A stretch of 64,000 bases of DNA, from contig JAHFFR010000001.1 of NCBI GenBank assembly GCA_023247825.1, forward strand, positions 23,009 to 87,008. Direction: 5' to 3'. The translations under genes were made by a program, and so were the position numbers. Positions 30,723 through 40,847 of this stretch are shown piece after piece. Below the pieces are notes generated by a model that had not been told where the DNA came from, made no database searches, and saw only the letters and a program-made list of their open reading frames with translations. Positions within the stretch are counted from its first letter, which is position 1. Every line of letters starts with the position of its first letter. Source of the DNA: Candidatus Omnitrophota bacterium (GTDB lineage: Bacteria; Omnitrophota; Gorgyraeia; Gygaellales; Profunditerraquicolaceae).

Positions 30723-31426
30723 ACAGACTTTCTAAGCGCCAACCATGCGAAGGTATATTGCTTTCCCCAAAAATTAATCGGTTTATTTTTACCGTCATAC
30801 ATCATCTCACCTACGGGAAATAAGCTATATCCTGCTGCTTCAGCAATAAACCCGATAATTTCATCTCTGGAAAAAATCTTCCAATCCATTCCAAAAAAAT
30901 CGATGCCTGCTGTATTGATCTTCTCCGACCAGTAATCGAACGACGCTATAAAGTAGCCGCCCGGCTTTAAAAGGCGCGACATCTCTTTCAGCAACGAATG
31001 ACCGCAAAAACCATGCTCAATTACGGAGATCGCTGTAATCGCCTGGAAGGATGCGTCGTTAAACTTTGTGCGCATAAAATCAGCGACTACATACCGTATA
31101 AAATCTTGATGCGGCATTTCCCGCAGATTTGGATTCAAGTCCACCCCGGTTAAATTTGAATAGCCCAATGCATGCAACGCTACAATCATTTCAGAAGCAT
31201 AAGAACCAATATCAAGTATAGGTTCCTTCCTTTGTACGTACCTCTCAAGAAAATTCAAGGTAGAAAGCACATCCCAGCTCTTTAACATATCTCCTATCGC
31301 CATTCCGCGCGTAAAGCCTGATCTTCTCATTAAAGAGCATAAAGGAGATTCGACAAAAGAGATCCCCCTTTTTACCATCTCTTGACGAGACTTACTTATT
31401 TGTAATTTATTCTGCAAAACTTTCAT
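30719..31426 (-). CDS. Class I SAM-dependent methyltransferase (true start probably MKVLQ at 31426)
   Basis: ILDIGSY, GVDLN, ISVIEHG, LLKPGG; the extra 5' part in the ORF track belongs to the frameshifted FkbM gene. Confidence 0.8.
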   Translation of the reverse strand: MKVLQNKLQISKSRQEMVKRGISFVESPLCSLMRRSGFTRGMAIGDMLKSWDVLSTLNFLERYVQRKEPILDIGSYASEMIVALHALGYSNLTGVDLNPNLREMPHQDFIRYVVADFMRTKFNDASFQAITAISVIEHGFCGHSLLKEMSRLLKPGGYFIASFDYWSEKINTAGIDFFGMDWKIFSRDEIIGFIAEAAGYSLFPVGEMMYDGKNKPINFWGKQYTFAWLALRKSV

Positions 31427-32232
31427 GGCCATTGTATTTAAAAAGCATATCCTGATACTCAAAACCAACCCGTCATCTCCAACTGCAGTGACTTTGGGGG
31501 TTTTAGCATGTACCACAAAATTCATATCCTTAATTATTTTTAAAAGTCCATCGCAACTCGACCCATTAGACTCAAGCCATCCGGAGTTAAACTCGCACAT
31601 AAGGTATTTAACATGCCTCTTTTGCAAATATTTAGATATACCTCGAAAAACATTCGGCTCAAAACTTCAACATCTACTTTCATGAGATTAATTACAGACA
31701 GAGATTGCACGGACGGATGTGAATCTAAGCGGCAAACCTGGACATTAACCGGAATTAATGATTTGTTGCTTGGAACCAAAGACGGAGAATGTAAATGAGC
31801 CTGATTTGGCAGGTGCAGATCCAGCCACTCTTCTTTATCCCCGGCCGCGCATTGAAAAGCATCAACATGGGTGATACGATTGCTCTTAAGGACAGTAACA
31901 AGTTTTTTGTACGCATATGGACTTGGCTCAAATGCCAGTACATGCCCCTTACTACCAACCAAACTCGCTGCCAGAGTTGTATAATACTCAACGTTTGCAC
32001 CCACATCCAAAAAATTACCGCCTGGTTTAAGTATTTCCTTAACCCAGCGGGATTGGACAGGTTCATATCTGCCAAGATATATTTGCCTTTGTATGGATTC
32101 GCCAACATCAAACTCCATCCGATAGCCGTTACATAACCCGTAGATTGATTTCGGCCTTAATCGGACGAAGAACAATAAAACGCTCTGTGGAAATTTCTGG
32201 AAAAGCTTCTGGAAAAATATATACATATTCAT
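31407..32232 (-). pseudogene. FkbM-family methyltransferase with two 1-bp deletions
   Basis: DVGANVEYY, AFEPSP, KVDVE; one added base near 31665 restores EGFEPNVFRG, and another near 31465 gives FEYQDMLFKYNGHESFAE-stop. Confidence 0.8.
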
Positions 32233-32260
32233 TCGTACACCTTGCTATGTATTCACTTTT

Positions 32261-33349
32261 TTATAGCCCCTTATCATGTTTTTTGATCAGTTCCTGCTGT
32301 TTGGCATTTTTTAAATCATGGTGTATCATTTCAGCAACAAGTTCACGAAAGCCGGTCTTAGGAACCCATCCCAGTATGGCCTTTGCCTTGCTCGCATCGC
32401 CAAGGAGCGATTCAACTTCTGTTGACCGGAAATAGCGATGATCCACAGCGATAATATTACAGCCTTCTTGGGTATAGCCCTTTTCGTCTAGCCCATCCCC
32501 TTTCCACGTTAATTGAATACCGAGTTCGGCTGCCGCCAATTCAACGAATTCGCGCACACTGTGTTGTTCTCCGGTAGCAATCACAAGGTCTTGCGGCTCC
32601 GGCTGCTGCAGCATTAGCCATTGCGCCTCAACGTAATCTCTGGCGTGGCCCCAGTCACGTTTTGCGTTCAGATTACCCAGATATAGACACTCCTGTAAAC
32701 CAAGCTTGATACGAGTCAACGCCTGAGTAATCTTGCGACTAACAAAGAGTTCGCCTCGTATCGGAGATTCGTGGTTAAACAAGATACCGTTACAGGCGAA
32801 TATACCGTACGCTTCACGATAGTTAATCGTAATCCAATAGGCGTAAAGTTTCGCTACTGCATATGGCGAGCGGGGATAAAATGCGGTTGTTTCCTTCTGA
32901 GGAAATTCTTGCGCAAGACCAAAAAGCTCGGAAGTAGAAGCCTGGTAATAGCGCGTTTTTTTCTCAAGCCCAAGTATCCGTATCGCCTCAAGTACTCGTA
33001 AAGCCCCTAAAGCATCAGAATTAGCGGTATATTCGGGTTCTTCAAATGACACAGCAACGTGGCTCTGCGCCGCCAGGTTATATATTTCATCGGGTTGCGT
33101 CTGATGTATAATCCTGATAAGGCTGGATGAATCAGTCATGTCACCATGATGAAGAAAAAGACGGACATTTTTTTCATGAATATCGTGCAAAAGATGATCT
33201 ATCCGGCCAGTATTAAAAAGAGAGGTGCGCCTTCTTATACCATGAACTATATAACCTTTATCCAAAAGAAATTCAGCAAGATATGCCCCATCTTGACCTG
33301 TAATACCTGTAATTAAAGCAACCTTTGGTTTTGTCATCATTTTCTCCAT
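32261..33349 (-). CDS. gmd: GDP-mannose 4,6-dehydratase
   Basis: [39 protein letters not shown]. Confidence 0.95.
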   Translation of the reverse strand: MEKMMTKPKVALITGITGQDGAYLAEFLLDKGYIVHGIRRRTSLFNTGRIDHLLHDIHEKNVRLFLHHGDMTDSSSLIRIIHQTQPDEIYNLAAQSHVAVSFEEPEYTANSDALGALRVLEAIRILGLEKKTRYYQASTSELFGLAQEFPQKETTAFYPRSPYAVAKLYAYWITINYREAYGIFACNGILFNHESPIRGELFVSRKITQALTRIKLGLQECLYLGNLNAKRDWGHARDYVEAQWLMLQQPEPQDLVIATGEQHSVREFVELAAAELGIQLTWKGDGLDEKGYTQEGCNIIAVDHRYFRSTEVESLLGDASKAKAILGWVPKTGFRELVAEMIHHDLKNAKQQELIKKHDKGL

Positions 33350-33352
33350 AAG

Positions 33353-34252
33353 CTAACCACCGTGCACAACACGCCTAAGCTTTTTATAGATAACCGCTGG
33401 CAGAAATAATTTAACGAGATGTCCCGCTCCCCTACGTACTAAGTAATACAAATAAGTAGCCATGGCTTTGGTTTTCGGCAATCCATATTGTCTCAATAAC
33501 CTTAAATGTTCTTTCATGCTCTGAACAAGGTAACTTTCTCCAATGCCCCCGACTCCTCTATGAATCATAAGAGAACTGTTGTAAAAACCATTTCCACCGT
33601 TTAGATATAACCTCAAGAACCATTCATAGTCTGCGACAAATTTATATGTCATATCCATTAACCCCACTCTTTGGAAACATTCTCTTTTTATTACCATAGT
33701 TGGAAAATTACAACGCGGGTATCCGGATATTAGTGATTTCGCATAGTTTTTTTCACCTTTGCATATCGCGACTTGATCTCCATTCTTGTACATCACCATA
33801 TCTCCAAAAACAAAATCAGCACCTGACTCCAAAAGCGATCCGACTGCCATTCCAATAAAATCAGGATCAATCCAGTCATCTGACGACAACCAGAATATAA
33901 AGTCGCCTTTGGACATACTTACTGCTTTATTAAATGCATCGGATGTCCCGCAATCCGGCTCACTAATCCACAAATCGATTTTATCGTTAAATTTTTTGAT
34001 TACCTCTAAAGTGCCATCTGTAGATGCACCATCAACAACAATGTATTCGATGTTCGGATAGCTTTGATTCAATACAGACATTATTGTCTGCGGCAATGTT
34101 TCCTTCCGGTTCCATACGATTGTTATAACGGTTATAAGAGGCCGCTCCGGATCGCCTTGCCGTTTGCTAGCCGAACGACCCCCTATCTGACGAAGAAGAT
34201 GGGCAGTCTTCTTTAAATAATCGTCAATAGTAGGAACATTCTTCACTATCAT
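33353..34252 (-). CDS. GT2 glycosyltransferase (WcaE-like)
   Basis: ITVITIVWN, VVDGASTDGT, SEPD, SSDD, ADYEW. Confidence 0.9.
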   Translation of the reverse strand: MIVKNVPTIDDYLKKTAHLLRQIGGRSASKRQGDPERPLITVITIVWNRKETLPQTIMSVLNQSYPNIEYIVVDGASTDGTLEVIKKFNDKIDLWISEPDCGTSDAFNKAVSMSKGDFIFWLSSDDWIDPDFIGMAVGSLLESGADFVFGDMVMYKNGDQVAICKGEKNYAKSLISGYPRCNFPTMVIKRECFQRVGLMDMTYKFVADYEWFLRLYLNGGNGFYNSSLMIHRGVGGIGESYLVQSMKEHLRLLRQYGLPKTKAMATYLYYLVRRGAGHLVKLFLPAVIYKKLRRVVHGG

Positions 34253-35616
34253 AATTTAAATATTCTATTCGAAATATAATAATTATATAAGCAATTGTGG
34301 ATTTTCTTGAAGAACTTATTAGGCGGAACGACTTTTATCAACCAGATAGCTATCTTATTAAGAGGAAAATGGAGTTTTGCAATCAACGCTCCAAGTAAAT
34401 ATATATTATACCGTATATCTTTTTCCTTTTCAGTAAAACACGGCATAGTGGGCCTTAAACTGCATCCGGTCATATCACCCTGATGCGAAGATGGATCAAT
34501 CAAACCCCTTTCCGCACAATACAGATATAGCTCAGTTCCTTTCATAGGCACGGTTATTGAATAGCTTGGATAGGCCACTTTCCCCTTTCTACACAACCCG
34601 ATTGTATCTAAATCATCTTGTAATGTGGATTCTGGGGCAGCGAGCATAAAATTGACCCAAGTGTTAATTCCGTGGTCTCTTATCATTTTCAATTTTTCCG
34701 CTATATCCACCTTTCTCATCTGTCTTTTCAAGATTTTCTCCCGGACATACTCCGAGGTGCTATCCACAGAAAGATGGACGGAAAAACAACCGGCCTTCTT
34801 AAGTAATTTTAATAGGCCGTCATCGACCAGATCAAATCTTAAATAACAGTTGAAGGGAACACCGATTCGTTTCAAATATTTGTCGGTAAATTCATCGAGC
34901 CAGGCATCGGCTTTCATAGCAAATAGATCATCGCCAAATTTAACAAAATCCATGCGGTATTTACTTTTTACCGACTCAATCTCCTGTATAAGCCTTTCTA
35001 CAGAAAATCGCCTCACTATGGGCCCTTTACCCTTATAGAGTTCATTGTAGTAATTATTGCAACAATAGGCGCACCTGTAGGGGCATCCACGAGTAGCATA
35101 AAAAGTTTTTTTAGGTACATTTTTAAGGAAGGAATTTGAAATTACCAGATCCCTGTCAGCAGTAGGTAATTCATCCAGATTTTTGATTAACGGTCTTACG
35201 GCATTCTTCTTATCTTTAGTGATTAAATTGGGTACCTCATCGAATGATTTGCCGCTCTCAACTTTAGTCAAGAAATCCTTGAACGCATATTCACCCTCCC
35301 CCACGCAATAAGCATTCATCTCACTCTGATCAAAGGTTTCAGGCGAAAATGTAGCCTGGGGGCCTCCCATAATCGAAACAAAACGGTGCTTTTGTTTTGC
35401 CTTTTTGTGATTCTCAACAATCTGCTTGAATCCCACTATGTTAGCGGAATAAGCAATAACATCGGGCTTTATCCTGCTTACTTCTCCCAGGAAGTCGTTG
35501 TCCTTTAGAGTGCAAAAATACGTAGAATGAGCCATATTTTTAGCTATTGCGGATAAATAAGCGATAGCAATATGGTCGGCAAAATCCAATTGAGATATTG
35601 AAAATAAAATCTTCAA
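34249..35616 (-). CDS. B12-binding radical SAM protein, second copy
   Basis: MGGPQAT, GEGE, TRGCPYRCAYC. Confidence 0.9.
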   Translation of the reverse strand: MKILFSISQLDFADHIAIAYLSAIAKNMAHSTYFCTLKDNDFLGEVSRIKPDVIAYSANIVGFKQIVENHKKAKQKHRFVSIMGGPQATFSPETFDQSEMNAYCVGEGEYAFKDFLTKVESGKSFDEVPNLITKDKKNAVRPLIKNLDELPTADRDLVISNSFLKNVPKKTFYATRGCPYRCAYCCNNYYNELYKGKGPIVRRFSVERLIQEIESVKSKYRMDFVKFGDDLFAMKADAWLDEFTDKYLKRIGVPFNCYLRFDLVDDGLLKLLKKAGCFSVHLSVDSTSEYVREKILKRQMRKVDIAEKLKMIRDHGINTWVNFMLAAPESTLQDDLDTIGLCRKGKVAYPSYSITVPMKGTELYLYCAERGLIDPSSHQGDMTGCSLRPTMPCFTEKEKDIRYNIYLLGALIAKLHFPLNKIAIWLIKVVPPNKFFKKIHNCLYNYYISNRIFKL

Positions 35617-35619
35617 TGA

Positions 35620-36501
35620 TTATGGTTTCCCTTTAAGCCACAGTGCTATCCTTTTGACATACTTAAGATACATAGATGGTTTTCTGATCCCTCGATTTAT
35701 CCTTCTAAAAATTAACCTATATCTTTCCATACTGTTCTCTATTTTTTCAATAAATATATTACCCTTGCCACGCCAACGTCCTCGTGGCCCCTGGGATGCC
35801 TTAAGGATTTCTACGTCAGAAAACGACTCAACCGGTATTGGTCTCCTTGATTGAACTTTTCCGTTGATTGTCCATAGACTTTCAAGCAACCCCCTATCAT
35901 GTTCCCAAAACTCATTGCATAAATTACTACTGGCGCTTTTATTTCTATCTTCATTTATGTATACATCACTCATCACAACTCTGCCTCCTGCTTCGTAGGC
36001 TCTCATTGTTAGATCTAAAGACCACATAACAGCTATAAAATTCTTGTCTATTCCACCTATATCACGATAAAACTTCTTTGACATTAGACCGCAAATCGGC
36101 ATCAAAGGAGTGTTCTCATCTCCGGCGAAGAAACGATGCGCAAAATGAGATTGATCTTCGCCATTCGTCATTATCTTTGACGACACAATTATTTTATCGG
36201 AATTACATAATTTGTAAATGGCATAAAGTTTATCCAGAGGCTGCGGGGTATTAAATTCACAGTCATCAGCTATATCCATCATAAGATCGGCAGTAGTATT
36301 CCTCACCGCTATCTCGACACACTGCGTTGGCTTTACAAACGACCTAATGAAACGAAAATTCTTTGGCAGTTCATAATCGGGTGGATTGGGCCCTACGAAG
36401 ACCAACTCAAATTCAACATCATTATCACCGATGCTCTTGTATAAAGCCATCCAATTCTGCGGCCTGTGAGCAGAAGCAACAATTCCAATCCTAGGACTCA
36501 T
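35620..36501 (-). CDS. Divergent GT-A/GT2-like protein, tandem paralogue B
   Basis: ADDCE (DxD-like), IGGIDKNF, DLTMR; close paralogue of 36498..37364. Confidence 0.6.
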   Translation of the reverse strand: MSPRIGIVASAHRPQNWMALYKSIGDNDVEFELVFVGPNPPDYELPKNFRFIRSFVKPTQCVEIAVRNTTADLMMDIADDCEFNTPQPLDKLYAIYKLCNSDKIIVSSKIMTNGEDQSHFAHRFFAGDENTPLMPICGLMSKKFYRDIGGIDKNFIAVMWSLDLTMRAYEAGGRVVMSDVYINEDRNKSASSNLCNEFWEHDRGLLESLWTINGKVQSRRPIPVESFSDVEILKASQGPRGRWRGKGNIFIEKIENSMERYRLIFRRINRGIRKPSMYLKYVKRIALWLKGKP

Positions 36502-37364
36502 GGATTACCTCTTTTAGCCATTATTTTTGCGGCCATTCTCTTTGCATAATTAAGATACATAGATGGTTTTCTAATGCCACGCATTACCCTGGGAAGATTG
36601 GTTTCTATTTTTTCAAAAAGTATAAAACCATTGCCGCGCCATCGCCCTCGAGGCCCCTGAGATGCCTTGAGTATATTTATGTCAGAAAAAGGTTCCACCG
36701 GTTTCATTCGACAAAAATGAACCTTCCCGTTCTTTGTCCACAGACTATCAAGCAGTCCTCTATCGTGCTCCCAAAACTCAGTACATAAACTACTTCCTGC
36801 CCTTTTACTTTTATCCTCATTGAGGTATACATCGCTTATTACAACTTTGCCCCCTAAGGCGTAAACTCTCATGGCGATGTCTAAATCCCCAAAAATAGCT
36901 TGAAAATTCCTATCTATACCCCCAATATCACGATAAAGCTTTCTTGACATCAAAGCAGCTAACGGCACTATCGGCGAACTAGAATCGGAAAAGTGATGCG
37001 CCGAAGAGGATAGGTCTATGCCGTCCATCATATACCTGCATGACAATATTATTTTGTCATTGTTATAGCTTTTATATGTTTGGTAAAGCCTGCCCAGCGG
37101 TCTGGACCCCTGAAATTCGCAATCATCAGTAAAATTAAGCATTATAAGATCGGCAGTAGTATTCCTCACCGCTATCTCTAAACACTGCTGTGGTTTTACT
37201 ATCGATCTGATAAAACGAAAATTCTTTGGCAGCTCATAATCGGGCGGATTGGGCCCTACGAAGACCAACTCAAATTCAACATCATTATCACCGATGCTCT
37301 TGTATAAAGCCATCCAATTCTGCGGCCTGTGTGCGGATGAACAAATAGCTATTTTCGGATCCAT
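36498..37364 (-). CDS. Divergent GT-A/GT2-like protein, tandem paralogue A
   Basis: TDDCE, IGGIDRNF...DLDIAMR. Confidence 0.6.
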   Translation of the reverse strand: MDPKIAICSSAHRPQNWMALYKSIGDNDVEFELVFVGPNPPDYELPKNFRFIRSIVKPQQCLEIAVRNTTADLIMLNFTDDCEFQGSRPLGRLYQTYKSYNNDKIILSCRYMMDGIDLSSSAHHFSDSSSPIVPLAALMSRKLYRDIGGIDRNFQAIFGDLDIAMRVYALGGKVVISDVYLNEDKSKRAGSSLCTEFWEHDRGLLDSLWTKNGKVHFCRMKPVEPFSDINILKASQGPRGRWRGNGFILFEKIETNLPRVMRGIRKPSMYLNYAKRMAAKIMAKRGNP

Positions 37365-37400
37365 ACATTACCTTTCTTAATCATTATTTTCTATATCATT

Positions 37401-38399
37401 CTAATAAAAATCCTGTGTTGAATACATAATCACCTGGCTTCCCAGTTTTTCAAAAGAAAAAGGGACATAGAGGATCTTACTTAATTTCTCCTTTATTTTA
37501 GGCTGAACTTGCGGCTCAGCGAACATAAGAATAAATCCTCCGCCTCCGGCGCCTAATAGTTTCCCCCCAAGCGCTCCAGCCCTGCGCGCAGTTTCATAAA
37601 TAGCGTCGATTTGGCTAGTAGAAATCATCTGAGTAAGGCTACGCTTAATTTGCCAGGATTCGTGCAGCAATTTACCAAAATCCCGAATATCGCAAGAATT
37701 ATCATTGAGGATGTCTACTGCCTTATCTACCATTCCCTGCATACTCTGCAATTGGCTCTTCAACGCCGGGGTCTTCTTAATCTGTTCTCCCGCAATATCC
37801 GAAGCATTTCGGGAAAACCCAGTAAAGAACAACATTAAGTAACTCTGCAATAACTCAATTTTTTCTTTGGGAATAGTTATAGGATGAACATAGAATTCAT
37901 CTTCGCCGCCGAACTCAATTTTATTTAGGCCGCCAAAGGTAACAGCCACCTGATCCTGGGCGCCGACGTTTTCTTTGATCAAATTATGCTCCACGTTAAT
38001 TGCATCACGCGCTAATTGCCGCTTGGTTACCATTCTACCCTTAAGAGCGTTTAAAGCATGTAAAAAACCTACGGTAAAAGCTGAGCTTGAACCAACTCCG
38101 GATCGGGCCGGGATATCGCTGGAATGGACCATCTCAATCCCATGTTCAATATTTATAAATTTTAAACATTCCCGCACGGAGGGATGCTTAATCTGAGAGA
38201 TATCCTGCGTTTCTTCGCGTTCAACATAACGAATACGATACTTATGGTCAAAAAAAGGAGGAAGATACCGACAATTAATATAACAGTACTTGTTAATCGT
38301 GGTACTCAGGACGGCTCCGCCATTTTCCTTATACCAGAGAGGATAATCTGTTCCTCCCCCAAAGAAAGAAATCCTTAACGGGGTACGCGTAATAATCAT
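37401..38399 (-). CDS. hddA: D-glycero-alpha-D-manno-heptose 7-phosphate kinase (GHMP family)
   Basis: TPLRISFFGGGTD, PARSGVGSS, GAQDQ, GGKLLGAGGGG. Confidence 0.9.
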   Translation of the reverse strand: MIITRTPLRISFFGGGTDYPLWYKENGGAVLSTTINKYCYINCRYLPPFFDHKYRIRYVEREETQDISQIKHPSVRECLKFINIEHGIEMVHSSDIPARSGVGSSSAFTVGFLHALNALKGRMVTKRQLARDAINVEHNLIKENVGAQDQVAVTFGGLNKIEFGGEDEFYVHPITIPKEKIELLQSYLMLFFTGFSRNASDIAGEQIKKTPALKSQLQSMQGMVDKAVDILNDNSCDIRDFGKLLHESWQIKRSLTQMISTSQIDAIYETARRAGALGGKLLGAGGGGFILMFAEPQVQPKIKEKLSKILYVPFSFEKLGSQVIMYSTQDFY

Positions 38400-39394
38400 G
38401 CCTTTTCCTTCTTATCTTTACTCTCAGGCAAATAAACCTGCTTATACCAAGAGATTGTTTTAGCTATGCCGTCATAAATATCGGTTTTGGGGGTGAACCC
38501 AAGCAACTCTTGAGCTTTTTTGATGTCAATTAAGCGCATCGGAATCATTGAAGGCTTGCTTGAGTCATAGGTTATTTTGGCATTCTTGTATCCTTCAATC
38601 TCAAGAGCCATCCGCAGAATTTCTTTTAAACTATAGGCTTTGCCGCAAGCGATATTCACCGCATCAAAAGTAGAAAGTTTTTCCGCAGCCAAAATCAAAC
38701 CATCTATAAAATCATCAATGTAGATTAAATCTCTGATGTCCTGGCCCGTACCCCAAATTTTAATCGGATCATGCCGCTCAATTACCTTCCTTAAGGTAGC
38801 CGCCATCATATGAGAAGTGGCAAAATCAAAATCATCGTATGGGCCATAGATATTAGACGGCCGCACCACTACGGCAGCCATAGGGTTTTTAAGCTTCTGA
38901 GAATACAGACGACAGAGAATCTCAGTAAACCTCTTCATCCATCCCACACCAAAATAAATATCATACGGATCAGCATCAAACATTTCTTTCTCAGTTACCG
39001 GCTTATCCCCGCTAGGAGGATAAGCGGCATTACTGCTCAGAAAAATAAACTTTTTTATCTGCGCAAAATAAGCAGCTTCCAGTATCTGGGAATTCATAAT
39101 GATATTCGAAGTAACATGCACCAACGGGGTCGAAGCAATCACCGCCGCTCCCGACGTGTTTGCGGCACACATAAGAACATAATCCATACCCGCAACAGTC
39201 TTCCTGCAATCTTCCATGCTCATCAAATCACACCTGATATATTCAATCCGATCATCAATAATCACCGGTTCTCTTTTATGAATAGTGGCTCGGACATTAG
39301 CTCCCAACGAAAGAAGCCTGTTTACCAAGTTTGACCCTATAAAACCAGCTCCCCCCGCAACTAAAACCTTTTTAGTATTAAAAAAACTTGTCAT
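38396..39394 (-). CDS. Fcl-like extended SDR with atypical catalytic motif
   Basis: GGAGFIG, RPSNIYGPYDDF, IWGTG..IRD; VGWMK in place of YxxxK. Confidence 0.82.
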   Translation of the reverse strand: MTSFFNTKKVLVAGGAGFIGSNLVNRLLSLGANVRATIHKREPVIIDDRIEYIRCDLMSMEDCRKTVAGMDYVLMCAANTSGAAVIASTPLVHVTSNIIMNSQILEAAYFAQIKKFIFLSSNAAYPPSGDKPVTEKEMFDADPYDIYFGVGWMKRFTEILCRLYSQKLKNPMAAVVVRPSNIYGPYDDFDFATSHMMAATLRKVIERHDPIKIWGTGQDIRDLIYIDDFIDGLILAAEKLSTFDAVNIACGKAYSLKEILRMALEIEGYKNAKITYDSSKPSMIPMRLIDIKKAQELLGFTPKTDIYDGIAKTISWYKQVYLPESKDKKEKA

Positions 39395-39433
39395 TATGCA
39401 GTTCTCCGTAATTCTATTAGTAAAGGCTTGATA

Positions 39434-40300
39434 TTAATTTAATACGTCCTCGATTATCTTAAAATGTTCATATGTCTGCTTGCTGGCAGCATCATGCCAT
39501 TCAAACACAATAGGGACATTACTAAAAATCTTTCTATACTTCATTAAATATTTTATTTGCCAAGAATCAACTGGCAGCACTCTGTGTGAATCTATATGAC
39601 CGTTATTCTCAGAGAGATGAAAGGCAAATATCTTTTTGCCGTAGTTATCGACGATTCTATCCAGGAATAAATCTCTATCAAAACGTAATATCTGCGAAGC
39701 CACATTCAAATGCCCAAGGTCAAGTAGAAGTCCCACTCTTTCATTATTTCTAAAATAAATTAAAAACTGCTCTACATCATCACTGCCACACAAAAACGAA
39801 AATTTATCATTTGCTGTTTTAAGCCCTAAATTCTCTACCCCTATCCTAAAATTTATCGGAATAACTTCTTCTGATAAAGACTCCACTGCCTTATAAAAAT
39901 CTTCTTTTAAATTAATTGTCCTGCCGTCCTTTATAAAAAACTTATCTTTAAGCTCTGGCAGCAATTCGCTTATAAATCCTGGATGCATGGTATATAAATT
40001 TTTGCCGAATTTCCGTGCAAACCTTAAAGCTTCTTTCACTAGAGCTATTGTCCTCTTTTTAATATCGAATTTGCGCGAGGCAATATTTATAACAAAATCT
40101 TTTTTCGGTGGTGGAAAATAATTATGAATCAAATAATCCAGCTTATACTCTTTCTGCAAGCTGATCAAATCGCTCTCAAAGTTATTATAAAATATAGTGC
40201 CTCCGGTGAGTTCTATATTCTTAAATCCTAACTCTGCTAATTGGCAAACCGCATTACCGATCTTATTCTTTTTAGAACACAAAGACGATATATAGAGCAT
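39434..40300 (-). CDS. Xylose isomerase-like/AP endonuclease-2 TIM barrel protein
   Basis: IHNY, HPG, VENL, DLGH, HLSEN...DSH, FE metal-ligand pattern. Confidence 0.78.
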   Translation of the reverse strand: MLYISSLCSKKNKIGNAVCQLAELGFKNIELTGGTIFYNNFESDLISLQKEYKLDYLIHNYFPPPKKDFVINIASRKFDIKKRTIALVKEALRFARKFGKNLYTMHPGFISELLPELKDKFFIKDGRTINLKEDFYKAVESLSEEVIPINFRIGVENLGLKTANDKFSFLCGSDDVEQFLIYFRNNERVGLLLDLGHLNVASQILRFDRDLFLDRIVDNYGKKIFAFHLSENNGHIDSHRVLPVDSWQIKYLMKYRKIFSNVPIVFEWHDAASKQTYEHFKIIEDVLN

Positions 40301-40314
40301 AAAAGTTTAAACTT

Positions 40315-40830
40315 TCAAAGACCCGGCACCAACGCGTCTCTCTCTGATAAAATCGGGTCTTTTATAGGCCAAAATATCTTAAATTTCGGATCATTCCATA
40401 ATATGGTAAATTGTTTTGACGATCCATAATAAGACGACTGTTTATAATGAAAAATTGACTTCTCAGTTAAGCATAAATGTCCATTGCCATGTTTCGGTGG
40501 AACTAATACCTGGTGTTTATTGGTCTGCGATAAAACAAAACTCTGCCATTTACCAAAATCCTTTGACTCTTCATCATAATTAATTACAACCAGGTAAAAT
40601 TCTCCATGCAAGCATGATATCAGCTTCCAAGTTGAGCTATCACCATGAATCCCTTTGATCACACCTTTGGTTGCTATAGATATGTCATCTTCTACGAAAT
40701 CAATATCGATGCCTTTCTCTTTATATAATTTCTTGTTATAGGTCTCTAGATAATACCCCCTATGATCTTCAAAATAAGTTGGTTTAATCAATAAAACTCC
40801 TTCGAGATTAGTTTGTATGACTTCTATCAC
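40315..40830 (-). CDS. RmlC-like cupin 3(,5)-epimerase (resembles Campylobacter GDP-heptose epimerases)
   Basis: FEDHRGYYLE, KGIHGD, WKLISCLHG, VPPKHGNGH, WNDP. Confidence 0.88.
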   Translation of the reverse strand: MIEVIQTNLEGVLLIKPTYFEDHRGYYLETYNKKLYKEKGIDIDFVEDDISIATKGVIKGIHGDSSTWKLISCLHGEFYLVVINYDEESKDFGKWQSFVLSQTNKHQVLVPPKHGNGHLCLTEKSIFHYKQSSYYGSSKQFTILWNDPKFKIFWPIKDPILSERDALVPGL

Positions 40831-40847
40831 GATACCCCCCGTTATAA

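Noticed and set aside
31427-31627. N-terminal extension of the 30719 methyltransferase (302-aa fusion in the track)
   Set aside because: It is the out-of-frame tail of the broken FkbM gene
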